Positions 25,820-39,165 of a stretch of 64,000 nt of DNA are shown piece after piece; positions within the stretch are counted from its first letter, which is position 1; every line of letters starts with the position of its first letter. This DNA comes from Balanoglossus misakiensis. Its lineage: Eukaryota; Animalia; Hemichordata. A program made the translations under genes and the position numbers. The DNA lies in NCBI GenBank assembly GCA_040954595.2, contig CM082596.2, positions 7,332,468 to 7,396,467 on the forward strand, written 5' to 3'. Under the pieces are notes generated by a model. That model did not search any database and was not told the DNA's origin. It saw nothing but the letters and a program-made list of their open reading frames with translations.

Positions 25820-26027
25820 CTGTAAAACACTTTATTTTCGCGAGCAATTAATTTTCGCCAAATACGCGAGAGCCAAAATAGCGTGAAAATAAAAAGTCGC
25901 GTAAATTTATTTTTAAGATAACGATGCAGTGAATGAAATAAGAGAACGTGAAAATTAATACTCGCGAAACAGTGGCCTCGCTCGATATCGTGAAAAATTA
26001 AACTCGCAAAAATAAAGTGTTTTACAG
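25820..26027. mobile_element. ~208 bp TA-flanked CTGTAAAA MITE
   Basis: TA|CTGTAAAACACTTTATTTTCGCGAG...AAATAAAGTGTTTTACAG|TA. Confidence 0.88.
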
Positions 26028-29000
26028 TATATGCTACATGTATACTAGTAAAACATTTGCGTTCAGCAGTCGTCCAACCCAGATGCGCGCTGCAGCCAGC
26101 CAACCACTTAAAGCTCTGGCTTTCAAGCGTTAACAAGGCATTGCTGCCAGGCCTGTTGGGCTCACAACTATTCAGGGGTACGAAAATGCCTCCCTGGCAG
26201 GCAGAATAAAATTGAATAGACCAGAAATTACCATGCTGGGGTGGCTACGACTGTGTGAATAGGTGCTGTGACAGCGTGCAGATTTCCATGGTCGCGCTAC
26301 GGGAGAGGCATTCGGGTCTCTCAACTTCTCTAAGTGCAAGAATGCAGATTATGTGCAAACGCGAGCGAGCACCTTGGCCTGTACTCTGCCCACAACAAAC
26401 CGTCAACAAAAACCAGATACAGAAACTGCAGCAGACAAGGGCAGATCCTTTATGCTTTACACATCCAGTCAACTGTCGCACCTGGCGATCGAGTGAGTCG
26501 GTGCAGACTGGCAGATGAGAGTATACTGCAAATACCAAACAGTCCAGTGTGTTCACAAGTCAACCATCTTGCGTAGATTTCAGTTATACTATCTGAATAA
26601 TTATCTTCTCCGGAAACAATACACATTGTTCTCAGGGTTGGAAGCATGGCTGAGTGGCATAGTGTGCAAAACAGCTTGGTCAGTCTGTGTTCCGGGAAGT
26701 GTGTGGGTTTAGGCCCAGCCAGATTCATAAAGTTAAAAATAAAATTGCAAAGTGACATTCTTGCTGTATCGACTACCCAAACATATTATCAAGAAACTTC
26801 TCTAAATTAGCAGAATGGTAAATATCTTTTTCATAAAACACCTAAATTTTCAGCTGAAAAGCATTGAATTTTGGGAAAATGACTGTATCTGCAGCATCTC
26901 CAAAGACAGACAATAAGAGAATAAGAATGATCATGGTTATGTTTTCCAAAATCTACTAGTATCTGTAATGGACGAGTTCAACAAAATTACCATGTACCGT
27001 TGATTATGTGGCTTTAAATAGACAGAGTTCATTATTGTAATTAACTTTAGACTGACCAATCTGTTGATAATTTTGAATATTCCAAAAATAAAGCAAGGAT
27101 AACATTTTCACTTGCCCTTTTCTACATTTCTCTTTGAAGCATTTCAAGTTGTTATGTTTGAACCATTTTGTAAATTGAACTATTTGTTAATGCGTAAACA
27201 AGAGCCAAAACTCCCCTGTGAAGTTGAGTGAACTGATAGAAGCAGGAAAGCAAATTGCAAAAAGCCCGCTCTTTGGAGAAAGACAAAACACCGATCGCAT
27301 GTAACAGAGAGAAAACACAAACAGAGGCAAAGAAAACAAACTTGTTCCGATGCACAACATGGTTGACAACGAACAAAATATGATCATTGTGGCTCGTGTC
27401 GCTTCATCACACAAACACAAATTGGTCCGTATTATTGTTTTCAATTCAAGACACTTCCAACCACACTGTGAGGGTGGTGATACCACAGTGGCGAGTCTTC
27501 TCAAGTGCTGTTGTGAGGTTGATTCTCTTTATACTGATATGCTAATTATAACACGTGGGAAGATTTTCTCTATACGGCCGGTTGGTTCAAAGACACAGAA
27601 ACTCTAATCAACGGTTGCGGCTGGACAGGGACTCTATAACACGTTATCACATACATGCGTACTTGTACTATCAGTGAAAGCTCATCCTAAAACATCCAGA
27701 TTTTTTCTTTCTTACACAGTGTTTTCATTCACTACTGGAGTTGCTTTGTACTAGTAATTAGAGTTCCATATGAGTAGTCTCAGACCAGAATAGTGCAGAA
27801 GATCACTATCAACTTTTATAACATTAATTAACGCTGCCAAGTCAGTTGAAACTGGCTTGATTTCCAGAGTGCTTAGACTGCCAAGTGCATATTACTCAGT
27901 AGGGCCTATACAAGACCCTCACACCAAACCAGTATGATTTGGTACATATTGCGAGGAGTTCAAACTACCAAGTGTGTACTGTCTATGGTCTAAGTACGTA
28001 TGAGAGCCATGCCAAGACAGTCAAATATGATAAGGAGAAAAAGTGGCAAATACATATTTTAAGGGACTTGACAGGTATGACACCCAGTAGCATTAGGGTT
28101 AATACTTGGAAGATATTGAATTGGTAGGAAAAATAAACAACTGAATGAAATATATCCAAATATCCAATAGAACATGCTTAACAGGAAATTTCTGGAAACA
28201 TCACGCTTGTTTTCATTGTGCAAGTCGTTTTCATGAATGCAGACTTTGCGTAATTTGGGACAAACACCATCACATATGGCTTATTTCTGGGAAAGAATCA
28301 ACTCTGGCTAAATATTGAGTCCACAAGAACATTCACAATAGTGAAATTTGAAATCTACAGAACAAGACATCCATCACAGATTTTTTTTCATTCCAAAAGC
28401 CTGATTTTTTATATTTTCGATACCAACATTCTTTTCCGATTTGGTATGAATACTATGACCACAAACTTTTTTTTCAATAATTGTGGTTTTAGTCTGTTTT
28501 AGAAGAGTACCAAAATTTTGAAATCTACGTAACGAAATCAAAAGACAAAGGCTTTGTTTCAAACATCAAGCTGAGGTCACTCAGCACATGAACTTGTGGT
28601 TGAACTCAGCAATTAACACTGCCTAAATTAACAACAACCCTTTATTTCCTTTTCACTGCATAACAATACATGACCTGAGTGTTAATTACAAATGCAAATG
28701 AGCCAGTCCAATTAGATAATCACTTTAGAGTCTGTTTGCTTCTGTTTTAAGCTGTCTCACCAACAAGAGACTGGATTCCTGTTGTCATGTGAGGTGTGTT
28801 TTGTTGAGACTGGCATCACGCCCAAAGTCACGATTTCCCGTCCGTCAACTGCCAGACTTCAAAATAAACTCCGCCCACATCACGATCAATCGATCAAAAT
28901 CTGACCATCACATACAATCTTGTAATCTTCACATTTGACAACTTTGATTATTACGATCGACACAATTTTCTAGCCAATTAAATTGATTACTTTTATAAAG

Positions 29001-32000
29001 TTCCATATGCTTAAATTAAGACAATAAAGATCTAGTCAGCAGTGTGTACGCATACGCATGTGTGATGGGGGTGGGTGGGGGGTGGAAACCTAAGTAACAT
29101 ACTGTAGTGGCAAAGTATGACAGATAATGCAACATCAAGATTATACAGTAAGAGTCTAGAATCCAGGTGAGTGTGTTTTTCCTTGTGGAGCATAGCGAAA
29201 AAATAACACTAGTCTGGATTCTAGACTACATGACTTGTAAAAGCAAAGATAGTAAGATACATAAGCTGCAGAATACACTTGGAAGATAATAATATAAAAA
29301 TCATAATTTTTTTAAATAAATGACAAAGTCACGCTGCCATTCAACTTGAATCACTGATTTCGCCCCTCCCCCTAGCCTAGTATCTAGCCGTATTCTTTTC
29401 AAAATCTAACATCGCTTATTGGCTACAAGAGACATCGTTTGCCTGTATCTGTGCGTGTGCAATTCTCATCATCCACTTTGTGAAATCAGAAACCCTCTGT
29501 TCCTTTGCAGATGGTTTTACCATCCTTGATGTTCTCAAAAACGAAACAAAAGCGAAGAATATGTTCACGAATAAAACTTAAATGCACCATACACAGTTTA
29601 TATGACTAATGCAACATTTTGGAAAATGAGCGAAAATTTAAATTCGAAATGAAAAACAGTTATAACAGCAATACTGCTGTAGTCACCAAATAGTGGGTGG
29701 GTCTTTCTGAGTAACCAGATAGGGTGTGAAATTACAGGACCACCTATTCAATCGGATCAGCTGTGATGTAACTCTACATTCTGGCAGAAGGAAAGTAATT
29801 TGATCCCAATGTTTAAACCAGCAGGCATTTTGTGAAAAACAGGAGCTATCTTTTCTAACTTCCATATTGTGCAACACACTGAAAGTTCAACGCACACAAC
29901 TGCTAATGGTGGAGAGAGACAGAGAGAGAAAGAGAGAAAGAGACAGGCAGACAGACAGACAGACAAACAAACAGAACGGGAGAGAGAGGGGGAGAGATGA
30001 CCAAAGACAATTCAGGACAGACAACTATTCACACAATGAGGTCAACTTTGATTTGCATATAGAATAATTAAACAGTCTCTTCTGTTTAATTAATTAATGT
30101 CGAATGACACAAAATTCCCCTATGTACTGCACACGGTTGTTGGAAGCATTTGTTATTGTGACTCACACACACATCCATGTGTCTGGCAATGAAAATGTCC
30201 GGGTTGATTGACCATGCAGTCTTTGAACCGAGCTGCACCACAGACAACGCTGCACACACCCGCCACTTCCCTGATCCAGACGTGGTCAAACCCTCACACA
30301 GCAAACGGACGCAAAAAAAAACACCCACGCCACAAAATGACCACGTCCTCGGACAAATCGACAAAAACTGGGCAATCAAGCACTCCACCGTGGTCAAAAT
30401 CAGTCATTTCGCAATACCAGGGCCAAATTTGGGGTACAGGGATCACAAAGTTGACCAATCTCCAACCACTGAACCCACCCATTTGCTTAATGCACAGGCC
30501 ATCAGCCGCATAATAGCCCCTCCATTATCTGAACTAAACCTAAGGACAATAGAGGTGAACAGAGGATAGCGCTGATAATGTCCCCCACACCAAATAAAAA
30601 AAAAACACAAGGGCCAATCTCTCTTACCTTTCCTCCCAGGCCCATACTTAAAAGCATCAGACATCATCTTGGAGATCCCTGAGCAGCAAAATGAGTGGTG
30701 ATGAAAAAGTGGGTTGGATCTGGGAATGTGGCTTGGCCCCGTTCTCTCTGTGTGCCGTTTTTAGCTTGGTGGCTGTACAGCTCTGGTCACTCCAAGCACA
30801 CAGCCTTGTGATGAATCTGTCATGAGCTAATCTGCATAAACACAAGCCATCCAGAGAGCTGACAAAAATAGTCGCCAGTAGCCTTGGAACACATTATTCA
30901 CATGGCAGGTAATCTGCATGTTAGGCTGTTCTTTGGGGGGGAGTCCAGGTGAATCGGTGCACCTACCACAGGACAGGTGCGAATCACTCCACCGCTATTG
31001 GCCAACGTTTGCCTGCAGGAGCACTGCTGTGGAAACGTCTTCACGACATGCGCAGCTTTTCTCAGGAATTCTGAATCAGTGAGAGGAGAAATACCCGTCG
31101 ATCTCCCGGCAGCCCCTCTGAAACCGACCACAACACCCTCCCGTTGGCCTGAATGGAACGTGCTCCACGCATGTGTACTCTTTCAGGTCAATTGTGAGTG
31201 TTACGTAACCAACATGATAATGCTATGCTATGTGGGAGGTCACTCGCACAAAGGGATGTTTGCCTGCACAATGGCCAGGGATAGCCAGCTCTCTTCTGAC
31301 CCTTTTGTTTACAAAAAATTTAGGGACAATATGCTGACCAGAAACTGGCCACCAGATTAACAAGCACACAAATCTGATCATCTCCACAGAAGCCAAGAAA
31401 TCACCACCGATCAGAATATACATTCTGCTGAGGATCAAAATCATAAAATATGACTATCAAACGCACCAATCAAACCGCCTCATTGTAATATGTCATGAGG
31501 AATAAAAGTGAACTGCATATCATCTTTCAAGTTGTCTTTTCCCCCAACAAAATATCAGATTTTGTCACCTTTTGGCTTTTCTTACAGACTGTCTTATCAC
31601 AATCTTTAATTCTGACAAGCTTAATAAACCATATGTACTTGTTTTACTTTTTTCCTGGCAATTTTTAATGTGTTCGTAGCATGAACAAGAGAGAAGCAGT
31701 TGTCTGTTTTTATCCAGCAGCATCTTCCAGTGGTGACAGTCTGCTCGACTTGAAACATGGAAGATTGAAGTTGGCAACATCACCATGGATAATTCAGAAG
31801 ATGACTTCCTTATAAATTTGCCCTGTCTCCTTTGTGATGTATCTGTTAGACGAAACCCCACTTTTCCCATATGTGATTACCAAGTCATTTCCCCCTGCAC
31901 AATGATATGTCATTGTCTATGAACACCACAGGCAGTAGAAAACTGTCCATCATGATAACAGACATAGATTTCAGTGGGATTCTAGTCCTGGTCAGTACAC

Positions 32001-32182
32001 CCATGTGGAAACTGCATTTTGTCACCAGCCACTGCTAAATTTTACATCCCCAGTCACTTTAATAACTATAGATAAAAAGACAATTTGAACTGAAAACCAA
32101 TAAAATAAAATAAAATATAACTGTCCATCAACATACAATATTTATTCATTTACAACATATTATAAGTAAATTTATCTACAAA

Positions 32183-32207
32183 TTTATTTATTTATTTATT
32201 TATTTAT

Positions 32208-32273
<66 letters not shown>

Positions 32274-32289
32274 GGTTAGTTAGTTAGTT
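32183..32289 (+). repeat. Compound (TTTA)n(GTTA)n microsatellite
   Basis: Directly visible. Confidence 0.95.
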
Positions 32290-35200
32290 ATTTATTCACC
32301 TGTCTGTTAAGTGCTATTTCTCTACCAAATTCATTGATTTTGCCCAAAATCCCAAAGCCTACGTAACACCTTTTCTTAGAAACACTATATTGAAATAGAA
32401 ACCTCAGAAGACATTGTATGGAGGGACTGTGGTATCCCCTAGCAACAGAAATGTAAACGCTCTTAGCAAAAATGAAGCTATCCAAGTTTTGATGGTCTGA
32501 GCAGAAGCCACGAAGGGTGTGAGACTGATTGGCTCGGCGGTGGGGAGAGATACAGCTAGCAATTGTTAGTTTTCAACAACGGTCACTGGTTTTTCTGTAA
32601 CCTATACAGACAGATGTGGTGTTTAATCATATTCAAGTTTTTTCCAGACCACATTCAAATTAAATGAAATCAAGAAAAATACCGTCAAAGCAGGCACATC
32701 AAGTATTCCAATATGGAAATTCACACTTATAAAATATAACTGTTCAGACTTATTCATTTATGCATGATTAGATCTAATTTACATCTTTAATTATCTTTTT
32801 CATTTTCCATCACTATCTTTATGTTGATTCTTACACATGTAATATACATGTGTATATTAATTTCCAAAGGCAAAATGGCAACATCAGGGTTAAAAGTCAA
32901 TACTGACACCACCAAGATTCGAGCTGCCGCAGTGTAAGGGGAGAACCCTTTGATTTCTGGGGGGGGGGGTAGTACATCTGTTCTGACTGGCTTTCAAACC
33001 CTTTCTTTTCAATACAATTTTATAATACAGACAATGATCATAATTTTCAATGTCACTGAGAAGACAATTTCTTGTTGGCCTGGTTTATTAAGTGGCATCC
33101 ATCATCGAATTAGTCAGAAATGGGTATAATCAGCATCATCTTCAATTTTTCCCCAAGTCATTTTCCCTGAGAGCTTTTGATCCTTGCCAAAAAGCTATTG
33201 GGAAACAAGGATCTAACATTTTGAATAAGATGGCCAATTTGGCACACAAGCAGCAAATCAGCAGCCCCCATTATTAGATCCCTCCTGGATTTGAGAATAC
33301 CGTATTGAGGATTCAACATGCAGGCAGTTTCAGGAATTGTAGGTTTCTGTCAATTATGAAAGTATTTACCCCCCTGCATCGGAGCTCATGCATTGTAATC
33401 ACTGTCAACTGATGCTTCTGGGCAGGACGATTCACCACCTGAATCTCTTGGTGTCAATTTCGTCAATGTCATAATTATTGAGCGTTTTCAGTAATAGAGG
33501 TCAATTTTTATCTCAACGCGAGTGTTTTCTGCTACAGAGGTGTTGCACAGTTGGTGTTATAGTGCAAAAAGTAATTATCTGTGGAGTGGAAAGAGCAGAA
33601 ATGGATATGACATCGGAAACAGAATCAACATCCTTAGTCCCCAAACAGACCATTTTCTGAACTCCACAAGACCCTCGCGTGACTAGACAAATTTATATGG
33701 GAGGACATTTTCTTGTTATACAAGATGGTAAACACCATATGTCCGAATGTGTTCAACGGCACTAAAGTTACAGTTTTTAATAAACTCTGAACCTATTTGA
33801 GTTTCATACTAAGTTTGACCTGTAATTACTTGGCTTGCTATGGTTATATTAACTAAGTCTCGCGAGATCTCGCAGTTCGCAGACAGATTTTCAAGCAGGT
33901 ATAGCAACTCCTAGTCTCGCATGGTTTAAATGCAATAAGCATTAATTTTCCAATGCATTTTAAATGTCATTATTATGTTCCACTTCATTCTCTACATGAT
34001 AAATTGGTGGAATTTCATGTTCACACGCCCCAAACATTGAAACTGAAAATTGAAATCAAGCGAAAATTAAATATTTCACAGTAAAGAATGTCAGGCAATT
34101 TTGTAAAACATTCTAAAAATTTTAATTATACCAAGTTCGGAAATATGATGTGGAAATCGTTTGAGTTATGGGAAAGGTATGAGCTTCCCAAGGATTTTTT
34201 ATGATCAAAATGACTGATGACTTGAAACAACCCATTAAAATTTTCCAATCCAGATGAAAATCAAAAGTTGCATGTGATACTGGTAATACATAATAAAACT
34301 GCAATTTTAAATTGAATGGATATATTGACAGCTACTGCCTATGTTCGCTACGCAAAACAAAACTAAACACCACAACACTACAATACAATATGACCATTCA
34401 TGTGTAAGTCCTATCAAAAACACGCATTTTATGACACCTACATCGTGCCATCTTGCAAACAATCTTGTGTACTATTTAGTTTGTGGTACATTACTCTTGG
34501 CGTCAAAGAAACTTTCTCAAAAATTTCAATGACATGGCAATAAGTCACTGTCAACAAAATGCCATACAATGTATTTATATGCGTATATATACATCACAGT
34601 ATACTAAGTTTCACTCAAATAGGTCCAGGCATGTCTGAGTAATGGCTGCGGGCAGACAGACAGACAAACAGATCTGAGATGCACTGATAGAAACAGCCCA
34701 ATCCATTAGTGCCCCACTCCCAACCTCCAGGGGCTACATCCATGAGGACTAAAAATGTGGATTTTTTTCTTTTTTTTTTTCTTTTTTGAATCATTTGTTC
34801 AATTTGGGAATTATTTCCTCACAACAAAATGTACACTCTAGCCCTTCTAGCACTATTTTTGCTCAAAAGCTGACATATGCAGCGTTCGATTTTCACCATC
34901 ATTCTTGCTATCAATTAAAAAAGGCAAATGTGTGAAGAAAAAAAATCCTGTACTGTATGTGAGAACCACATTCATAAATTTTGAAATTCAAATATGTCAA
35001 TTTCAGATGCATCCAATGACGTACACACGAAGCATGCTGTGTATTTGATCGCTTTTTTAGCTCGCGTTTTCATTTGAATTGGCCTGGGGGCTCATGATCA
35101 GTGCCATTGGGCGAGTGTTCACAAAGACATGAAGGATATTAATCAGATATATCTATATGAAGGAGTGCACATGTGGGTTGATATTAGTTTGCCCTCCCAC

Positions 35201-37762
35201 AAACATGATTTCAAAGGGCAGCAATATCTTTGCATATGTCCTGTGTGTTGATCACAACTTTCCTGTATTATATGATGTAGTGATTACAATTGGCTTGTTG
35301 TTTCATTAGTGGGATGCAAATCTGGCTGGTATAGCAGTCAGTAACAGGCATCAACAACTCACTATGCAAGAGACAAAAGCCACTGAAAAACAATAGCAAC
35401 ATCTCAGCTGGGTTTTTTCGAGTTCACAAAAAAAAACGAATCAATTATCAACGGTGCTTTAAAGGATATTCCATGAAAATAGTCTTATTTTACTGACAGC
35501 AACACGCACCCTGATCGTATGAAAGGAGGTTGTAATAGGATGAACGTGGCATCGAATACTAAGTGTTCCTGAATATGGTATTGCAACAGGGAGGGGAGGG
35601 GGGGGGGGTCTATATCCAGAATCGCTGTCTTTTTTGCATTTTAATACTAGACAACCAAGGTCATCCTTGCACTCTACTCTATACTGATAGAGGTAATAGA
35701 ATTGGACCAGATGACGTGTTTCTGCGTGTTCCAGCACCGCATCAGCTGGTGTGTATACACGGAACAGGAACAAGGCAGATGGAGCCGACAAAAATCCCCC
35801 GTTGTACTTCATTTCATTCGGAAGCTGAGAATTCACAGTGCCAGAACATGACAGTAAAGATGTCTCATTGAGTGCGAGAGACAGAGAGAGAGAGGAGAAA
35901 AAAAAGCCGGTATTGAACTCAAGCGGCTCAGTCCTCATTATAATGTCTCCTTGATCACCAGTGTGGTCAGGGCCACGTGCAGGGGGTGCAGCACTGCACC
36001 CTGGGAAATATCTAATTGTTATGGCTAGACATTTCAAGGCTGACTATTTTCCCTCAGTTAATGTCTGCAAGGCTGTATTGTTATGTTAATTGGCATTAAT
36101 TAGAAAAAGGTGAAGTCAGAGTGACAGTCAGCTTTCTGTATTTCTTGTAAAGCATGAGCAACCCACGTAAATAACGATAAATTTCTGAATGTGACATTTA
36201 AATTTTGTTCAAACAACAAAACTGCAATTTACTCGGTAATACATACAATGATACACATCATTTTGGACTGACACAAAATAACACGTTTTTTCCTCTTTTA
36301 AATCTTTGGAAGTATAACATAATATTGCAAAAAGAGATGAACGTAAATCAATTTCAGACCAGTCCTGTTTTAATGATATTTCTCCAGTCCCACTTCTTTC
36401 TATTTTTCTATCTTTTGTTTTGTTTTGTTTTTTTTGTAAATGATTCCCAGTTTCTTCTATATTCAAACTGTGCTTGCTATTGGCCAATATTACAGACACA
36501 TACTGGCAACAAGAAACAGACAAATACAATTAAAATCCCTGTTTTGGCAACTAACAATGGTCGGCATTGACCACAACCATGACGTACACCATCACTGGAT
36601 GATTTATGACTACTGCTTGGATTTTGACAAGGTTATCCACATAAAAATTGATGCAAGGACTTCCAAGATGAGTACTTGACTGTCCCAAACACAAAATTAC
36701 TCGCGTCCTTATCCATTACGACATGATCAAGGTGTCGAACGAATTCCGATCTCCGACTGGGATGTAATTTTACGACTATACAAGGCTGCTGTATGTTTCT
36801 GGTGCATTGTAATAAAAAAATCACAGCAGGGGAAGTCATGCCTGGTTTTCCCCCCAGGAAGAATTAAGTTGGAGTCGCAGGACAGCATTAACATTAACCA
36901 ATGCCAGGAACATCAGTCGTAATATTTCTGGAAGGATCGCGCGCAGAGAGAGAGAAGTCGTTGAACTGGCTGCCCTTTCGGTGACACTGCTCAGGTCACC
37001 TTCCCCAAAAGACTCATTAGCAGTTCATTGAACCTCTGTCCCCATGGGAACATTATGCGGTACAAAACACCGGCTTCATTTGCATATCGCGACCGTGAAA
37101 ACGGTGACACTGGAGATCGCTGTTCAAGTTCACGCAAGTTCACACGGCGCCAACACAAGGCAGATTCCGTCAGGGTCCTTATTGTACATCACAGCACACT
37201 CAGATCAATGCCTGTTTGATGACTGAAAAACCTTGAATATAACCACTCCCATTAACAAAATTATTAATGTACGTACGCCACTAATGTAATGAACTCGCTT
37301 GCGATACCCGAAAAGTATTCATATCACGTGTAATTAAGATATAGGACTGATGCAACGAAATTTCCAAAAATTCTCAAACTGATTCAAAGGGTTTTTTTTA
37401 AATCATACTTGTTAGATGTCACATGCTGAAGAAAATGTCCATCACATCCAATTGCCTTGACAGTACACACTAAAACATGCCGTTGTTTTTTAAGGTCACT
37501 GCCAAACAAAAGAGAACTTTGATTAAACATTATGCTACTGGATACCATTACACCGAATGATATTGTAGGTTTCACACCAGGAAAGAGGGTCCCACAACAA
37601 ATAAATTGTGAAAATGTGACTCTTCAAATATTACTCTTGCTGAAATCAACATACACTGTATAATAATATGTCATCACAAAATTTTGATATAACAAAGGAG
37701 AATCCCAAAATCTGCGATTTAGGAAATAAATTGATACTTTCAAGTTTGCCAGTCATACATCC

Positions 37763-37856
37763 TTAACCCTTTTACCCCCATTTCCCTGTATGGAGGTCCG
37801 AACTTACCACGGGAAACAATTGGTTTGGACCAAACCATGGAGGTGAAAGGGTTTAA
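37763..37856. mobile_element. ~95 bp piggyBac-like MITE (TTAA|CCCTTT...AAAGGG), best-preserved copy
   Basis: TTAACCCTTTTACC...GGACCAAACCATGGAGGTGAAAGGGTTTAA; diverged copies at ~4861-4953, 7133-7219, 9325-9417, 44957-45046 and 47700-47789. Confidence 0.7.
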
Positions 37857-38233
37857 TAAAAGAGAACATTGTCTGCTTTTTGGCCTTACCATGGACAGTT
37901 ATAAAAAGGAGAAGGACATCAGTCCTTTTACTAAGTTGTCTATGGTTTCCCAAAACTTCCATTAAACCTACCTTCTGGATAACACTGTAGAATATCCTTG
38001 CCGAACACCTCAACCAGTGCAATTTTACAGCGACCATGCTAACAACTTAAAACTTGTTTTAGTTGCCACCAACACTTCTTTTCACTGGAAATGTAGATTC
38101 AACAGAAATCTGAAAACGAGATGTGATAGAGAAGTTAATCTTTATTTTCAGGTACTTTTGTGGTGTATTCAATTTGGAAAAGTTTGAGAAACTGGTTCAA
38201 AACTACTGGTATAAAGTGAAGGGAATTGTTTAA

Positions 38234-38554
38234 AGCCCCAATAGCTGCCATCTCAAGCATATTTTAATCGATAAAGTATTTTGACCTTCTCCTTAACCTT
38301 TGTCGACAGATGACACCACTTTGAATTCGGGGAGATTCATGTACCACAATAGTTGTGCACTCGTACAAGGGCAGCTGAATAAATGGGTGGGACAAGCATT
38401 TATAGTTTAACTTGTTCACATTCAAATGTACAGCCAGAAACAGAGGCTGATAATGTGTTGTGTCTGTACCCATCAGCAAGTTCAGTTAGATTGACCATTG
38501 TAAGTTTGAAAGTAAAATCTTGAAAATTTGAAACACATGGCAGCTATTGGGGCT
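38234..38554. mobile_element. TIR element (AGCCCCAATAGCTGCCAT), Kolobok-like
   Basis: Perfect 18 bp TIRs; TTAA on the left, TAAA on the right. Confidence 0.65.
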
Positions 38555-38759
38555 TAAAGAATCCTCTTGTTAGCTCCTACTTGACAGAACATCGTAAGCT
38601 TATGGGACTACATTGTCTGTTTGTCTGTCTGTACATGTGTGTAAGTTTGCCTATATGCGGCTGTTTCATAAACCCATAATTTACATATGCCCATGTATGG
38701 TTAAAAGGGCGTGCCTAACTCTTTGAATGACAGTTTGGTGGTGTACTTTTTTCTCTCGT

Positions 38760-39165
38760 GGCTACCCTGTGAAAATATAGCTAGATTTCAAGTTTTCATG
38801 GTAACAGTAACTAAATTTGCATAGGTGAACCGTGAATGTTACCTTAAAGGCCAATCGTCTTGTGTGCGTATGCATAATTTTCTGTGGACAAACATTACAT
38901 CTAACCCAAATGTTCTGCAAATTTTGTGTTAGACGCATTCAAACAGTAGACTGCCTTCGCTTCCTTCCATATTTCATGCACACCGTACAAGTAGACTTAG
39001 TTTTGTCCCTTCTTTTCACCCAATTTGCTGTCTTTTCCTGATCTGGGGTCGCCGCCATCTTGTCTGTTGTTAGGACAGCACACTGCCTTACGCCATTGAC
39101 TGTATACAATTTTTGTAACCATAGTTTCTCATTTGGCACATGTGCATAAGACGATTGTTGCCCTT
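38760..39165 (+). repeat. Dispersed repeat; right part matches 75-310, left part matches the reverse complement of ~47990-48060
   Basis: catggtaacagtaactaaatttgcataggtga versus tcacctatgcaaatttaactacagttacca; a shorter similar block at ~60600. Confidence 0.65.

Noticed and set aside
35459-36037. 192 aa ORF in the TR intron
   Set aside because: Runs through GA and poly-G simple repeats; no domain or coherent splice structure.
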